DNA of 64,000 nt from Leptolyngbyaceae cyanobacterium (GTDB lineage: Bacteria > Cyanobacteriota > Cyanobacteriia > Phormidesmidales > Phormidesmidaceae): assembly GCA_965263355.1 (NCBI GenBank), contig CBDHHL010000032.1, positions 1,056,001 through 1,120,000 on the forward strand, read 5' to 3'. Positions 52,347 to 62,754 of this stretch are shown piece after piece. Both the position numbers and the translations under genes were made by a program. Within the stretch, counting starts at the first letter, position 1. Every line of letters starts with the position of its first letter. Under the pieces are notes generated by a model. It was not told the DNA's origin. It searched no databases and worked only from the letters and a program-made list of their open reading frames with translations.

Positions 52347-53645
52347 GTGACTAGCTATAGCACCGTTCAAAAGCAACAACTGAGTCAACTAGGCGCTTAC
52401 CTGCAAGAAAAGCGCCATGAACAGGGAAAGTCTTTGGAAGATATCTCCTTGCAAACCTATATTCGTGCTCAGTTGTTAAAATCCTTAGAAACTGGTGATA
52501 CATCTGATTTACCACAGCCAATCTTTGTGCAGGGCTTTATTCGTCGTTATGCGGATGCTTTGGGGTTAGACGGAACAAACTTTGCTAAGCAGTTTCCAGT
52601 CCACTCTATTCCCAATACGCCCCGTCCCGGACCACGGCCAGCCACTCCGATAGACACGCCTTACCAGACGGCTTCCCAAAATCCACCAGTGCAGCCAAAC
52701 CAGCCACCACAGCTAGATTTAGGAGCCTTATCTCGTCAAAATAAACCTAACCTGCATCCGGCTATAGAAAGCGTTAGCGCAATCGATACATCTGCGGCTG
52801 AAACAGCTGTTCCCCAGCCTCCTGCAGCTGAAGCAACAGTAGCCAAAACTCCAGTATCTAAAAAAACGGCAGTTGAAACAACAGATACCAATTCGGCTAA
52901 GGCATTTACATTAGACCCAAATCCTATGAGTGAGAGCGAATTAGCCACACTAGGATTAAATAAATTGGGCGATGGTATCGGTAACCAGAGTCCTAACGCT
53001 TATCAAAGTGCTCCTTTTGCCAAGGAAGCACAATCAGAGACGCAGCCAGAATCTGCCCTATCTTTACCTGAACCCTCAGCGTCAGCAGGTCCGGCCCCCG
53101 TTGAACCAGCGACACCGATTAGTGCGAGCCTATCAACCAGTTCCACCACTTCAAACTTAACGTGGCTACCCTGGGGCATTGGTGTGGCTGTACTTGTGGG
53201 TGCGATCGCACTAATCGGCCCAAGAATTATCGGTGGTGGTTCTAACCAACCCACCGAAACCATAGAATCTACAGCTCCTCAAACAGACGACGTCACCCCA
53301 GCGGAAACACCCCAAGCAGAAGCCCCGGCTCCTGAACCGGCACTGGCCCCTGCATCCGAATCCGAGCCTGAACCAGCTGTTAGTGATGCACCAGTGAGTC
53401 TCCAGGTAGAAATCACTGAAGCAGGCCCATCCTGGGTCAGCATTAATGTGGATGGAGTGCCTGTGTTCGAAGGATTAATGGATCCGGGTACCACTGAAAT
53501 TTGGGAAGGTCAGACATCCATCACCATGAACGTGGGTAATGCAGGAGCTGCCCTTATTTCAGCCAATGGCAGTGACCCTGTCCCCGCAGGTAACCCTGGT
53601 GGCGCGGAGGTTCTAACGTTTACCACTGAAGGAATAGCACAATAA
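52347..53645 (+). CDS. rodZ: RodZ-like protein (HTH, TM, DUF4115)
   Basis: LG..L...R, LP...FV.GFIRRYA..LGL; TM helix; SWV....DG, GNAGA. Confidence 0.8.
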   Translation: MTSYSTVQKQQLSQLGAYLQEKRHEQGKSLEDISLQTYIRAQLLKSLETGDTSDLPQPIFVQGFIRRYADALGLDGTNFAKQFPVHSIPNTPRPGPRPATPIDTPYQTASQNPPVQPNQPPQLDLGALSRQNKPNLHPAIESVSAIDTSAAETAVPQPPAAEATVAKTPVSKKTAVETTDTNSAKAFTLDPNPMSESELATLGLNKLGDGIGNQSPNAYQSAPFAKEAQSETQPESALSLPEPSASAGPAPVEPATPISASLSTSSTTSNLTWLPWGIGVAVLVGAIALIGPRIIGGGSNQPTETIESTAPQTDDVTPAETPQAEAPAPEPALAPASESEPEPAVSDAPVSLQVEITEAGPSWVSINVDGVPVFEGLMDPGTTEIWEGQTSITMNVGNAGAALISANGSDPVPAGNPGGAEVLTFTTEGIAQ

Positions 53646-53741
53646 CCTTTCCATTAAACGAATGGATTGGCGCAGCCACACTTCAAACACAGCGATACAA
53701 TACAAAATATATCTGACACAAAATATTTGGCACTGCAGCCC

Positions 53742-54503
53742 ATGACGTCCAACCTAGAGACGGTAGAGCCTACTGAGCAGAGCGACTACCTCAACGAATT
53801 ACCCGATGAGCTAGAAATGTCCCTCTTCGACCACCTCGAAGAGCTGCGGATGCGGATTTTTTATTCGTTAATTAGTGTTCTAGTAGGTGTTATCGGCTGC
53901 TTCTGCGTCGTTAACCGGATTGTTGAATTACTGGAAATTCCTGCCCAAGGAGCAAAATTCTTACAGCTTTCTCCAGGAGAGTACTTTTTTGTATCCATTA
54001 AGGTGGCTGGCTACAGCGGCATTTTAGTCGCTAGCCCTTTTATCATCTATCAAATCGCCCTGTTCGTCCTGCCCGGTTTGACCCGACGAGAGCGAAATTT
54101 ACTGGGTCCAATCGTTATAGGCTCCAGTGTCCTGTTTGTAGTGGGCATCTTTTTCGCCTATATCGCCCTTATCCCCGCTGCCCTAAATTTCTTTATCAAC
54201 TATGGCGAGGACGTAGTTGAACAATTGTGGTCTATTGATCGCTACTTTGAGTTTGTTCTGCTATTACTCTTTAGTACGGGGCTAGCATTTCAAATTCCGG
54301 TAATTCAACTGTTATTGGGTCTGCTGGGAATTGTCAATTCAGACACTATGCTTAAAGGGTGGCGCATCGTTTTATTAGGAGCCGTAGTGTTAGGCGCGGT
54401 CTTAACACCGTCCACGGACCCGGTTACTCAAAGTCTGTTAGCCGGAGCAGTCTTATTCCTTTACTTTGGTGGCATTTTTGTGGTTAAAGCCATCGGCAAG
54501 TAA
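53742..54503 (+). CDS. tatC: Twin-arginine translocase subunit TatC
   Basis: [17 protein letters not shown]...E, FQIP, TPS.DP. Confidence 0.95.
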   Translation: MTSNLETVEPTEQSDYLNELPDELEMSLFDHLEELRMRIFYSLISVLVGVIGCFCVVNRIVELLEIPAQGAKFLQLSPGEYFFVSIKVAGYSGILVASPFIIYQIALFVLPGLTRRERNLLGPIVIGSSVLFVVGIFFAYIALIPAALNFFINYGEDVVEQLWSIDRYFEFVLLLLFSTGLAFQIPVIQLLLGLLGIVNSDTMLKGWRIVLLGAVVLGAVLTPSTDPVTQSLLAGAVLFLYFGGIFVVKAIGK

Positions 54504-54523
54504 ACGCACTAAAAGAATCAGCC

Positions 54524-55279
54524 CTATAGTGGATGTTTGGCAGGCACACCCACCTGTCTCGGAAAGTCTTTGTCCGTCTTTTCAGTCTTTTTTACATACA
54601 GGCAATGCCGTATCCCTTGTGTTAAAGGCGTTTCCCAGGGGCAAATGGCCACTAACTCGCCACCCAGGGTATCCAAAGCTCCCATAAATAGATCTTCTTC
54701 CTCATCGGTCCACTGACCCCGAAATAGGACAGCAAACCCACTTTTTTTTAGCAGCGGCAGTGCATATTCTGCACAGGTGGAGGCTGGACCAACAGCCCGT
54801 ACCATGGCGAGATCATATTGGGCACGATGCTTGGGATCATGTCCCACTGTTTCTGCTCGCTCTGCTAGAAATGCTGTATTGCTTAAACTGAGCTGTTGGC
54901 AAAGAGTTTGTAGAAAGGCGATTTTTTTGCGGGTGGAGTCGAGCAGGGTAATGTGCCATTGGGGGCGTGCGATCGCAACCGGTACCCCTGGAAAGCCCCC
55001 CCCAGTGCCAATATCAATCACCCGCTTTACCGTCGGTAGCCACTCCGGCTTCTCTGGCTCATACCAAGGCGCAAGACCGCTAAGGGAATCCCACAAATGT
55101 TTTTCCCAAAAGCTATCTGGCTCCGTAATGCGGGTCAAATTAACCTGACGATTCCCCTCAACAAGGCCGCTATACAATTGGTCAAACAATTGCTGCTGCT
55201 GCTCAGACGGCTGCCACTGTAACGTTTCCTGCCAATGATCGCTATTGCTTGGTAGATGCTCGATTACCGTTTCTGTCAT
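54524..55279 (-). CDS. rsmG: 16S rRNA m7G527 methyltransferase
   Basis: NLTRI, KH..DSL, DIGTGGGFPG, LDS..KK, RAV. Confidence 0.95.
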   Translation of the reverse strand: MTETVIEHLPSNSDHWQETLQWQPSEQQQQLFDQLYSGLVEGNRQVNLTRITEPDSFWEKHLWDSLSGLAPWYEPEKPEWLPTVKRVIDIGTGGGFPGVPVAIARPQWHITLLDSTRKKIAFLQTLCQQLSLSNTAFLAERAETVGHDPKHRAQYDLAMVRAVGPASTCAEYALPLLKKSGFAVLFRGQWTDEEEDLFMGALDTLGGELVAICPWETPLTQGIRHCLYVKKTEKTDKDFPRQVGVPAKHPL

Positions 55280-55359
55280 ATCCTGATTTCCCGATTTCTC
55301 TGTGTCCCTGTAACTCCCTGTAACTGAGCGTAGTCAGTAGGCTGAGCGCAGTCGAAGCC

Positions 55360-56010
55360 TTACACCACAGGGGCCGTTGCCAACGGCTGCATCACCAGCT
55401 CTCCATTCTCCAATGTCCAACAGTAATCTGCCAAATGAGCTAAATCGCTAGCATCGTGAGATACCACTAGTAAACTCCAGTCTTTCTTCAGCTTGGCCAA
55501 TAGGTTAATCAGCTGCTGTTTCATAGACCAATCTAGTCCCGCTGTCGGTTCGTCTAACAATAATAAATAAGGCTGCCGAATCAGCTGTACCGCCAACGCC
55601 AAACGGCGTTGCTGCCCCCCACTCATCGCATGGGGTGCTGTTTGCAAACCAATTTTTCCCAGACCGACTGACTCCAGAGTCTTCGTTACCTGTTCTGACC
55701 CCAATTCTGGGTGGCCAATGCGTAACTCTTCCAGCACTGTGTGACCGCAAAAATGGCGTTCTGGAAACTGAAATACTAATCCTGCCAACTGTTGCAACAT
55801 TTCTGGCTGTAATTCTTGATCGCGCCAGTGCATAGTCCCTTGAGATGGAGATACTAGTCCAGCTAAAATCTCCAACAGCGTGCTCTTTCCTGAACCACTT
55901 GGCCCCACAATCAACCCCATCTTTTTGGGTGCCAGGGTAAATGAAATTTGCTTGAGAATAGGCGCTACACTAGCCGCCGGATGGTAAGACACATTATCAA
56001 GGGTGAGCAT
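55360..56010 (-). CDS. ABC transporter ATP-binding protein
   Basis: GPSGSGKST, FQFPE, SGGQQRR, LDEP. Confidence 0.9.
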   Translation of the reverse strand: MLTLDNVSYHPAASVAPILKQISFTLAPKKMGLIVGPSGSGKSTLLEILAGLVSPSQGTMHWRDQELQPEMLQQLAGLVFQFPERHFCGHTVLEELRIGHPELGSEQVTKTLESVGLGKIGLQTAPHAMSGGQQRRLALAVQLIRQPYLLLLDEPTAGLDWSMKQQLINLLAKLKKDWSLLVVSHDASDLAHLADYCWTLENGELVMQPLATAPVV

Positions 56011-56309
56011 TAGGGCAACAAGAAAGGCCAATTCACACTATAGCCAATGTTTTGTACAGGCAGGGGAGCACACTTACCGCAATCACGTAAATCATCTGTA
56101 CGAGCTATGTACGGGCGATGCTGTACATAAACCTTATCCTCGGCCAGAACGGTCGTTTTTCCATGAAAAAACAACAGCTTTCAACTTGGACATGATTTAT
56201 TCCCCAAACCAAAGGGCTTGCTATGCTAAGTAAGCCCTGTACACGTCCAGGCCGTTTCTACAGAGCCAGCTCCTGGGCGTGGATTAATCAAAATTATGAA
56301 CTCTAAGCT

Positions 56310-56762
56310 ATGGAAATTCGCTTTCGCGAGTGCGACTTTTTCAATCTATGGATTTGGCTAGAGCTGGAAAATGCGCCGTCGACCATGGAGCAACAATACA
56401 TCGAAGAAATTTTTGACTCATGGTTTTTCCTCGGAAAATTAGGTGGCTTTAATGCCGAAAATCTTCAAGTGCAAGAGGGGGGGCACGAAATTAGCTATAT
56501 GGACTACAACCATGACGAAGCCGATGGCAACTTAATGGCCGTTATGCACAATATGTCTGAAGTCCAGTTTCAAGGTACCTGGGCACGCTGCTGGTTTGAC
56601 CTAGGCACCACCGATGCCGTTGCCTTAGATGTACTCGTTAACACCCTAAAACAGTTCAGCAAAGACTATATCGTGATCAAACGGGTCTACATTGGCGGAG
56701 AAAATGAAGACTGGCCCATTCCCCGTGATCAGCATGCCGACTTTGTCGATGCCATGCATTAA
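56310..56762 (+). CDS. DUF3531 family protein
   Basis: SWF.LG.LGGFN..NLQ, W.RCW.DLGT.D..ALDVL.N. Confidence 0.85.
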   Translation: MEIRFRECDFFNLWIWLELENAPSTMEQQYIEEIFDSWFFLGKLGGFNAENLQVQEGGHEISYMDYNHDEADGNLMAVMHNMSEVQFQGTWARCWFDLGTTDAVALDVLVNTLKQFSKDYIVIKRVYIGGENEDWPIPRDQHADFVDAMH

Positions 56763-56780
56763 TAATCTACATTTATTGTG

Positions 56781-56820
56781 ATTTTTGTAGGGGCGTTGCA
56801 TGCAACGCCCCTACAAAAAT
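56781..56820. repeat. 40-bp perfect palindrome, GTAG-type REP-like
   Basis: ATTTTTGTAGGGGCGTTGCA TGCAACGCCCCTACAAAAAT. Confidence 0.85.
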
Positions 56821-56945
56821 GGTCTACAAAAACACTAAATCCCGATAAATTCTGAAAAAAGGCTCAGATAGTTCAAAACACTTTCTAAGATCCCATCAGA
56901 ATTCACCAGGCATAATGACAGTGCCCCTTAGAGAGATTATTAAAA

Positions 56946-57200
56946 ATGGCTTACGAAGCACAACGTCAGACCAGTCTGGAATCCTCCGAATTTACTCAGC
57001 TAGAAAGTTGGCTGGCTAAACGTATTCGTGAACTGAGTGTTGATGCCCTAGCATCCAAGGCATTCACCTGTACAGCCTGTGGCGAAGTAGATGGAGAATA
57101 CCTGGTGGACTATGAAGGAAAAACTTTCCGGTTTGACACAGCTACCACCTATGCGTTTCTAGAATTTATTCTGGCAAAGCAGCCCACTGCGGTCAATTAA
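56946..57200 (+). CDS. Hypothetical protein
   Basis: 84-aa ORF with GAGAG upstream; fills the gap between genes. Confidence 0.55.
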   Translation: MAYEAQRQTSLESSEFTQLESWLAKRIRELSVDALASKAFTCTACGEVDGEYLVDYEGKTFRFDTATTYAFLEFILAKQPTAVN

Positions 57201-57210
57201 GACCTTCGCC

Positions 57211-57801
57211 CTAACAGGAGACCTCTGTAGCAAACCGCTGACGTTTTTGAAATTCAAACGGTCCAGCAATGGAACCCCACAAAAGCTCATCGGTCTCGGG
57301 GTCACGGCCTCGGTCGTAGCTAGTTAGTTTATCATCCGTAATCTCAAATTCATTATCTAAATAGCTTGTCTTGCCATTACGCACAACCATACAGTTTTTA
57401 CCTGGCACGACCTTGCCAATAAAGCTGTGCCCCGTCCAGCGCACCGTCATATCACAACCGGGCATTTTTTCCAGCTGGTCTGCTGAAATGCTCGCCAGCT
57501 TTTGAGGATCACGAGCTGCTCCAACTACAGCGTTTTGATCCTTAAAAGTATAGTTTTCCAGCAAAATGTGGTCTGCTTGCGGCAAAAAGTGGAGTACCCG
57601 CACCCGATAAGGCTGATTCAACATAAAGTCGTACGCCTGCTCTAGATATAAACTACAGCCTGGTAAAAACCCTGACGGCAAAGGCCGCATGCATACCCGA
57701 ATATGGGCAAAGAAAGGGGGATTTTCAATCGCTTGGGCCTGATTGCTAAAGTCAGCAGCCATCCACTTGAGCAAGGTAGAAATGTCAGTTGAGTGAGACA
57801 T
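57211..57801 (-). CDS. cpcT: CpcT/CpeT chromophore lyase
   Basis: FSNQ.QA..NPP.FAHI, EQAY, PYR.R, D.G.D......WG. Confidence 0.88.
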   Translation of the reverse strand: MSHSTDISTLLKWMAADFSNQAQAIENPPFFAHIRVCMRPLPSGFLPGCSLYLEQAYDFMLNQPYRVRVLHFLPQADHILLENYTFKDQNAVVGAARDPQKLASISADQLEKMPGCDMTVRWTGHSFIGKVVPGKNCMVVRNGKTSYLDNEFEITDDKLTSYDRGRDPETDELLWGSIAGPFEFQKRQRFATEVSC

Positions 57802-57832
57802 CTAAAACATGGTTACGGCTTCGCCATCTATT

Positions 57833-58423
57833 ATGAAAAGACAAAATCTTCCTAAGAGCAACCTGATGGAACCTCGATCAGTTTTCTGTACTTTTTTTGA
57901 GCACTGTGTTGGTAACTGGTCCACAGAACGCACGTATCACTACCTCACCCAAAACGAAGTAGAGCGTTCCCATACAGATTTTCAAATATCGCCCTTAGCT
58001 CCAGAGCTTAAGACTAAGGTTCTGTTCGACAATGCCTACGGTGACGTCAAGGCGTTGGAAACATTACCAGGGTTCAGTATGGCGTTTAATACGGTATCTG
58101 AAAAAGGTGAAAAGGTTTCCCAAAGTCTCAACTTGCTATTTGTCATCCATACAGAGACGGGCCAGTATTTAGAGGGAGATTATCTTCGCGATCGCGCCTA
58201 CGAAGAAGCTCGTCCCATCGTTTCCCACTTTAAGTTCTATCCCCACACAAAGGAACTTTTAATGACCACCAATTACACTCACGTGGTCTCTGTCGACTCG
58301 ATTACCCTCATTAATCCTGAAACCCGCATTCGTCGCATTCTTAACTATCTGAGGCCACCGGCAGGTAAACCCCTCGAAAACCTAGGTTTGGTTGGTTTCG
58401 GAGTTGAGCAGAAGGTTGCTTAG
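57833..58423 (+). CDS. CpcS/CpeS-family phycobiliprotein lyase (start uncertain)
   Basis: FF...G.W..ERTYHYL, YLRDRAYEE, R.R.I. Confidence 0.8.
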   Translation: MKRQNLPKSNLMEPRSVFCTFFEHCVGNWSTERTYHYLTQNEVERSHTDFQISPLAPELKTKVLFDNAYGDVKALETLPGFSMAFNTVSEKGEKVSQSLNLLFVIHTETGQYLEGDYLRDRAYEEARPIVSHFKFYPHTKELLMTTNYTHVVSVDSITLINPETRIRRILNYLRPPAGKPLENLGLVGFGVEQKVA

Positions 58424-58520
58424 TATAAATGCCTAGCTCAAACAAGTACCTTAGTGCGTATTTCTCCTCCAGCTGCAGTGCCCTGCGGAATAGGAATAAA
58501 TTAATGTGTATTGCTTTCCA

Positions 58521-58572
58521 TAAGAGTTACCCTAACTTTCCATGCTATTTGGGAAAGTTAGGGTAACTCTTA
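58521..58572. repeat. 21-bp perfect inverted repeat upstream of the SPFH gene
   Basis: TAAGAGTTACCCTAACTTTCC-N10-GGAAAGTTAGGGTAACTCTTA. Confidence 0.85.
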
Positions 58573-58605
58573 GAACAGATACATCTTCGCTACGGAGAGC
58601 GCACA

Positions 58606-59709
58606 GTGGGCTTATTTGAGAAAGTTCGGGCTGAATTCATTGACATTATTGAATGGCTCGATCCATCGCAAGATACCATTGCCTATCGCTTTGAACGATT
58701 TCAAAATGAAATCAAAATGGGGGCACAGCTAATAGTGCGCCCTGGTCAGGTGGCAATTCTAGTCGGCGAGGGTCAGGTCGCCGATATTTTTGAACCTGGC
58801 CGTTATCGTCTAGAAACCCAAAATATGCCAGTCCTTACTACCTTAATGGGCTGGAAATATGGTTTTAACTCTCCTTTTAAGGCTGAAGTTTACTTTTTCA
58901 ATACCAAAATTTTTACCAATCTTAAATGGGGTACAGCTAATCCCATTACTATTCGCGATCCTGAACTGGGTCCAGTCCGTCTACGCGCTTACGGCACCTA
59001 CACCATGCGCGTTAGTGACGCGCGTACCCTACTAGAACAGCTAATCAGCACCGATGGCCTGTTTCAAACTGACGAGATCAGCGAGCACCTGCGCAATATG
59101 ATCATTTCGGCTTTTGCTAGCAGTGTGGGCCAAGACCAAACCCCGTTATTTGATTTAGCGGCCAACTACCAAGCCATGGGCGAACAGGTACGTCATGCCA
59201 TGCAGCCCAACATGGAACAATTTGGCTTAGAGCTTCGCCAGTTACTGATTGAAAATATTTCGCTTCCTCCCGAAGTCGAAGCCGCCCTCGATAAGCGCGC
59301 CTCCATCGGCATCCTGGGCAATCTACAGCAATATACCCAATACCAGGCTGCCAATGCCATCGAGCAATCGGCCAAAAATCCAGCTGGAGCAAGTCCTGGC
59401 CTCGACCTCGGTGTCGGTATCGCCATGGGTCAGCAAATTGCCAACGCCATGAACCCACAAGCGGCTTCCCCTGCCCCCCCTGCCCCAGCTGCACCAACAG
59501 CACCACCACCGCCTATGCCAGTCGCCACCTGGTACATCACCCGAGATGGCCAAAACTTTGGCCCATACTCTCAAGATCAGCTCCTGGTTAATGGTCTAAC
59601 GGCTCAGTCAAATGTCTGGAAACAAGGCATGGCTGGCTGGCAACCCGCCAATACAGTGAGTGAGCTACAGTCACTATTAAACAGCGTACCGCCACCACCA
59701 ATGGCTTAG
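58606..59709 (+). CDS. SPFH (YdjI-like) domain protein with C-terminal GYF_2/DUF4339 domain
   Basis: GA.L.VR..Q, KWGT..P, RA.G.Y, ENIS.P; Pro-rich linker; GPY, VW..GM..W. Confidence 0.88.
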   Translation: MGLFEKVRAEFIDIIEWLDPSQDTIAYRFERFQNEIKMGAQLIVRPGQVAILVGEGQVADIFEPGRYRLETQNMPVLTTLMGWKYGFNSPFKAEVYFFNTKIFTNLKWGTANPITIRDPELGPVRLRAYGTYTMRVSDARTLLEQLISTDGLFQTDEISEHLRNMIISAFASSVGQDQTPLFDLAANYQAMGEQVRHAMQPNMEQFGLELRQLLIENISLPPEVEAALDKRASIGILGNLQQYTQYQAANAIEQSAKNPAGASPGLDLGVGIAMGQQIANAMNPQAASPAPPAPAAPTAPPPPMPVATWYITRDGQNFGPYSQDQLLVNGLTAQSNVWKQGMAGWQPANTVSELQSLLNSVPPPPMA

Positions 59710-59909
59710 GCATGAGTTAGTTTTAAGTTTTCAGTTTTGAAGTACGAGTTAGATGCCTAACTTAAAATATTCAGCGAACTGAGAAGCATGAAGAATAACG
59801 CTATGCAAAACTCAAAATTGAGAACTGATTAAATTCTGATGCCTTAAATAGGCTGATTAACTTCTAGAAGAAGCTCAATTCCCTCTACTGTTAACTATTT
59901 TTCTCTGCA

Positions 59910-61022
59910 ATGGAGCCTACGACCTCCGTTAACCAATACCAGTGTTCAGGCTGTAAGGCCGACATGACCTTTGACCCTGACCTCGGACAACTTCATTGCC
60001 CTTACTGCGGTCGGGCTGAAGCCATGCCTGAGGTCACGGCAACCAAACTCAGTGCCACGCTACAAGAGCATGATTTAGTAGAATTTGTTGCAACCAATCG
60101 GACTGCCCAACTAGCAACCACAGCCCAGGCGGTCAACTGTCCTGGTTGTCACGCCACCATCACCTTTGAACCACCTGACGTAGCTGGCAAATGTCCATTT
60201 TGCGCTACCAGCATTGTTACCCAGGAGAGCCATCCTGCTGACCCTACCCTAGCGCCATCAAGCCTCGTCCCATTTACCGTGGGCCGTAAAGTAGCATTAA
60301 CCAATTTACGAGAATGGTTAGCCTTTCGTTGGGATTGGAAAGACTTAAAGGCGATATTTTTACCTGGAAAACTCAAGCAACTCGCTCAGGACCAGACACT
60401 TACTGGTGTTTATCTGCCATTTTGGACCTACGACGCCCAAACCCAGAGTCATTATCAGGGTGAACGTGGCACTCACTACTATGTCACTAAACAGACTAAG
60501 GATGGAGACAAACGAGTTCGGAAAACTCGTTGGCGAAATGTTTCAGGGCATGTGTCACGGTTTTTTGATGATGTGCTCGTCCCAGCCACAAGGGCGGTTG
60601 ATACTGAAAAGTTACTGCAGCTGTGGCCCACGTTACCTGTATCTCAACTCAAACCCTACAGTGCCGAGTATCTGGCAGGATTTCAGGCTCAACGCTACGA
60701 AATCATGGTCAAAGAAGGGCATGCCAAAGCCAAAGACATGATGTCAGATATCATCCACAGCGATGTCCGCTCTGATATTGGTGGCGATGAACAGCGCATT
60801 CATTCAGTGTCAACGAATTACTCAAAAGAAACGTTTAAGCATATTCTGCTGCCTGTGTGGATGGCTACCTATCGCTATGGGGGTAAACCTTATCAAGTGA
60901 TGATCAATGCCCAAACTGGCACTGTTATGGGTGAGCGACCAGTGGCTGCCTGGAAAGTGGCGCTGGCAATTGCGATCGCAACAGTCATTTTCATGATCAT
61001 TATTTTGATCGCCAACGGATAA
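59910..61022 (+). CDS. Multi-zinc-ribbon membrane-anchored protein (SPFH partner)
   Basis: Four CxxC pairs; GVYLPFW.YD, LLPVW, NAQTG...GERP; C-terminal TM. Confidence 0.8.
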   Translation: MEPTTSVNQYQCSGCKADMTFDPDLGQLHCPYCGRAEAMPEVTATKLSATLQEHDLVEFVATNRTAQLATTAQAVNCPGCHATITFEPPDVAGKCPFCATSIVTQESHPADPTLAPSSLVPFTVGRKVALTNLREWLAFRWDWKDLKAIFLPGKLKQLAQDQTLTGVYLPFWTYDAQTQSHYQGERGTHYYVTKQTKDGDKRVRKTRWRNVSGHVSRFFDDVLVPATRAVDTEKLLQLWPTLPVSQLKPYSAEYLAGFQAQRYEIMVKEGHAKAKDMMSDIIHSDVRSDIGGDEQRIHSVSTNYSKETFKHILLPVWMATYRYGGKPYQVMINAQTGTVMGERPVAAWKVALAIAIATVIFMIIILIANG

Positions 61023-61128
61023 CCGCCCATTGACCCGAAAAAAGGTTCACAGCAAACATCTAAAACCCTTTACCCAAGACTTATCCAAGTTTTTTTCAAA
61101 CCGCCATTGCCGATTCCAAAAATAGTGA

Positions 61129-61146
61129 TTAACATTTAGTTACATA
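61129..61146 (+). promoter_or_regulatory. HLR1 (RpaB-binding) element
   Basis: TTAACATT-TA-GTTACATA imperfect direct repeat upstream of hli. Confidence 0.6.
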
Positions 61147-61188
61147 GGTGTTACTCACCTTAACGTTTCGTCTGAAGGACATTGAATC

Positions 61189-61332
61189 ATGGCTGAAGAA
61201 AATGCAAAGTTTGGTTTTACTCAAATCGCTGAAAACTGGAATGGCCGTCTGGCTATGCTAGGTTTCGTAATCGGTCTTGCTACTGAGCTAATGACTGGTC
61301 AGGGCATCCTTTCCCAGTTGGGCTTGATGTAG
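61189..61332 (+). CDS. hli: High-light-inducible protein (47 aa; absent from the ORF track)
   Basis: MAEENAKFGFTQIAENWNGRLAMLGFVIGLATELMTGQGILSQLGLM with the ExxNGRxAMxG motif. Confidence 0.95.
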   Translation: MAEENAKFGFTQIAENWNGRLAMLGFVIGLATELMTGQGILSQLGLM

Positions 61333-61383
61333 ATCTGTCTGATAGAGATATCTCCAGGATCAATTTTTTTCGTACAGTCAGAG

Positions 61384-61417
61384 AACAAAAGGGCAAGCTT
61401 CGGCTTGTCCTTTTTTT
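61384..61417. terminator. Bidirectional intrinsic terminator
   Basis: AAAAGGGCAAGC-TTCG-GCTTGTCCTTTTTTT. Confidence 0.85.
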
Positions 61418-61419
61418 GT

Positions 61420-61740
61420 TTACTCTTCTTCTTCAAACTCTGCCCAAGTTGCTACCGCCTTCAGCTCAGGTGGAATGCTATCGTCAGGATGAAATTCCAA
61501 GATCGTCTCCCGGTAACCCAGGTATCCTGATTCTGTAAACGATATCAACATACGGGTCAGGGCAATCCACACCGTTTCGTCAAATTCCCAATCCTTATAG
61601 AAACCCGCCCGATCTGCAATGGACTTAAGTGCCCAAAAATAATTATTTCGTACCACTGACCCTTGCTTTTTGTAAGTCGGCACATCCTCCTGGTGAACAC
61701 ATAAAACCTGTTTGCTGATCTTTGCTCTCATGGGGGTCAA
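61420..61740 (-). CDS. Conserved hypothetical protein
   Basis: 106-aa ORF, RN.YFWAL.SIA...ESGYLG..ET.LEF. Confidence 0.65.
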   Translation of the reverse strand: MTPMRAKISKQVLCVHQEDVPTYKKQGSVVRNNYFWALKSIADRAGFYKDWEFDETVWIALTRMLISFTESGYLGYRETILEFHPDDSIPPELKAVATWAEFEEEE

Positions 61741-61785
61741 TGTTTTACAACTGTATCCATACCTTAAATTTCTCTAAGACATTCC

Positions 61786-62640
61786 ATGGTGGCGGCTGTT
61801 TGCCTGCGTAACGTTCACAAAGTCTATAACAACATCTGCGTGGTCAACGATCTCTCGTTGACAATTCAACCGGGTGAAATCTTTGGCCTGCTTGGCCCTA
61901 ACGGAGCAGGTAAATCTACCACAATTCGGATGCTAACCACGCTAACGAGGGCTACTCAGGGAGACATCGTTGTCTCTGGCTACGATGTTCACCGGCAAAA
62001 GGCGGAGGTGCGACGTCAGATTGGAGTAGTACTTCAGCAGACCAGTGTCGATGGGGATTTGTCTGTCTGGGAAAATATGGAATTTCATGGCAGAATGCAT
62101 CATTTGCCTAACCCTCAGCGGCAACGAGCTATCGATCAGTGGTTAGCCTATGTAGAGCTGTCTGATCGCCGCGATGATAAGGTCAAAACCTTATCTGGAG
62201 GGATGAAACGCCGTTTACAGATTGCGCGGGCGCTACTGCACAAGCCAAAAATTCTTTTTCTAGATGAACCCACGGTGGGTCTGGACCCACAAACTCGCCG
62301 CCGTTTATGGGAAATCATCCTTGATCTGAATAAACAGCAGGGCATGACCATACTGATCACTACCCACTATATGGAAGAGGTGGAATACTTATGCGATCGT
62401 ATCGGCATTATGGATCAGGGTCGATTGATTGAAATGGGTACATTAGCGGAGCTGAGATCTCAACATGGCGAAGGGATTTTTATCCAGCAAACCGACGATC
62501 GCTGGAACTATACCTTTTTCCCTACACTCCGAGACGCTAATCAGTATCTAGATCAACAACCCGATAAAACTGGTATGATGACTCGTTCTTCAAACCTAGA
62601 AGACATCTTTGTCGAGTTAACTGGTCATAATCTAGACTAA
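61786..62640 (+). CDS. ABC-2 type exporter ATP-binding protein
   Basis: GPNGAGKST, LSGGMKRRL, LDEPT.GLD, TTHYMEE. Confidence 0.92.
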   Translation: MVAAVCLRNVHKVYNNICVVNDLSLTIQPGEIFGLLGPNGAGKSTTIRMLTTLTRATQGDIVVSGYDVHRQKAEVRRQIGVVLQQTSVDGDLSVWENMEFHGRMHHLPNPQRQRAIDQWLAYVELSDRRDDKVKTLSGGMKRRLQIARALLHKPKILFLDEPTVGLDPQTRRRLWEIILDLNKQQGMTILITTHYMEEVEYLCDRIGIMDQGRLIEMGTLAELRSQHGEGIFIQQTDDRWNYTFFPTLRDANQYLDQQPDKTGMMTRSSNLEDIFVELTGHNLD

Positions 62641-62754
62641 CCCTAACTAAAACGTCCACATATGTAAAAAGGGATGATCGTTTAGGATCATCCCTCAAAC
62701 AAATACTTATCGCAGAGGGGCATTGCATGTGATGCCCCTGTTTGATGCAATCAA

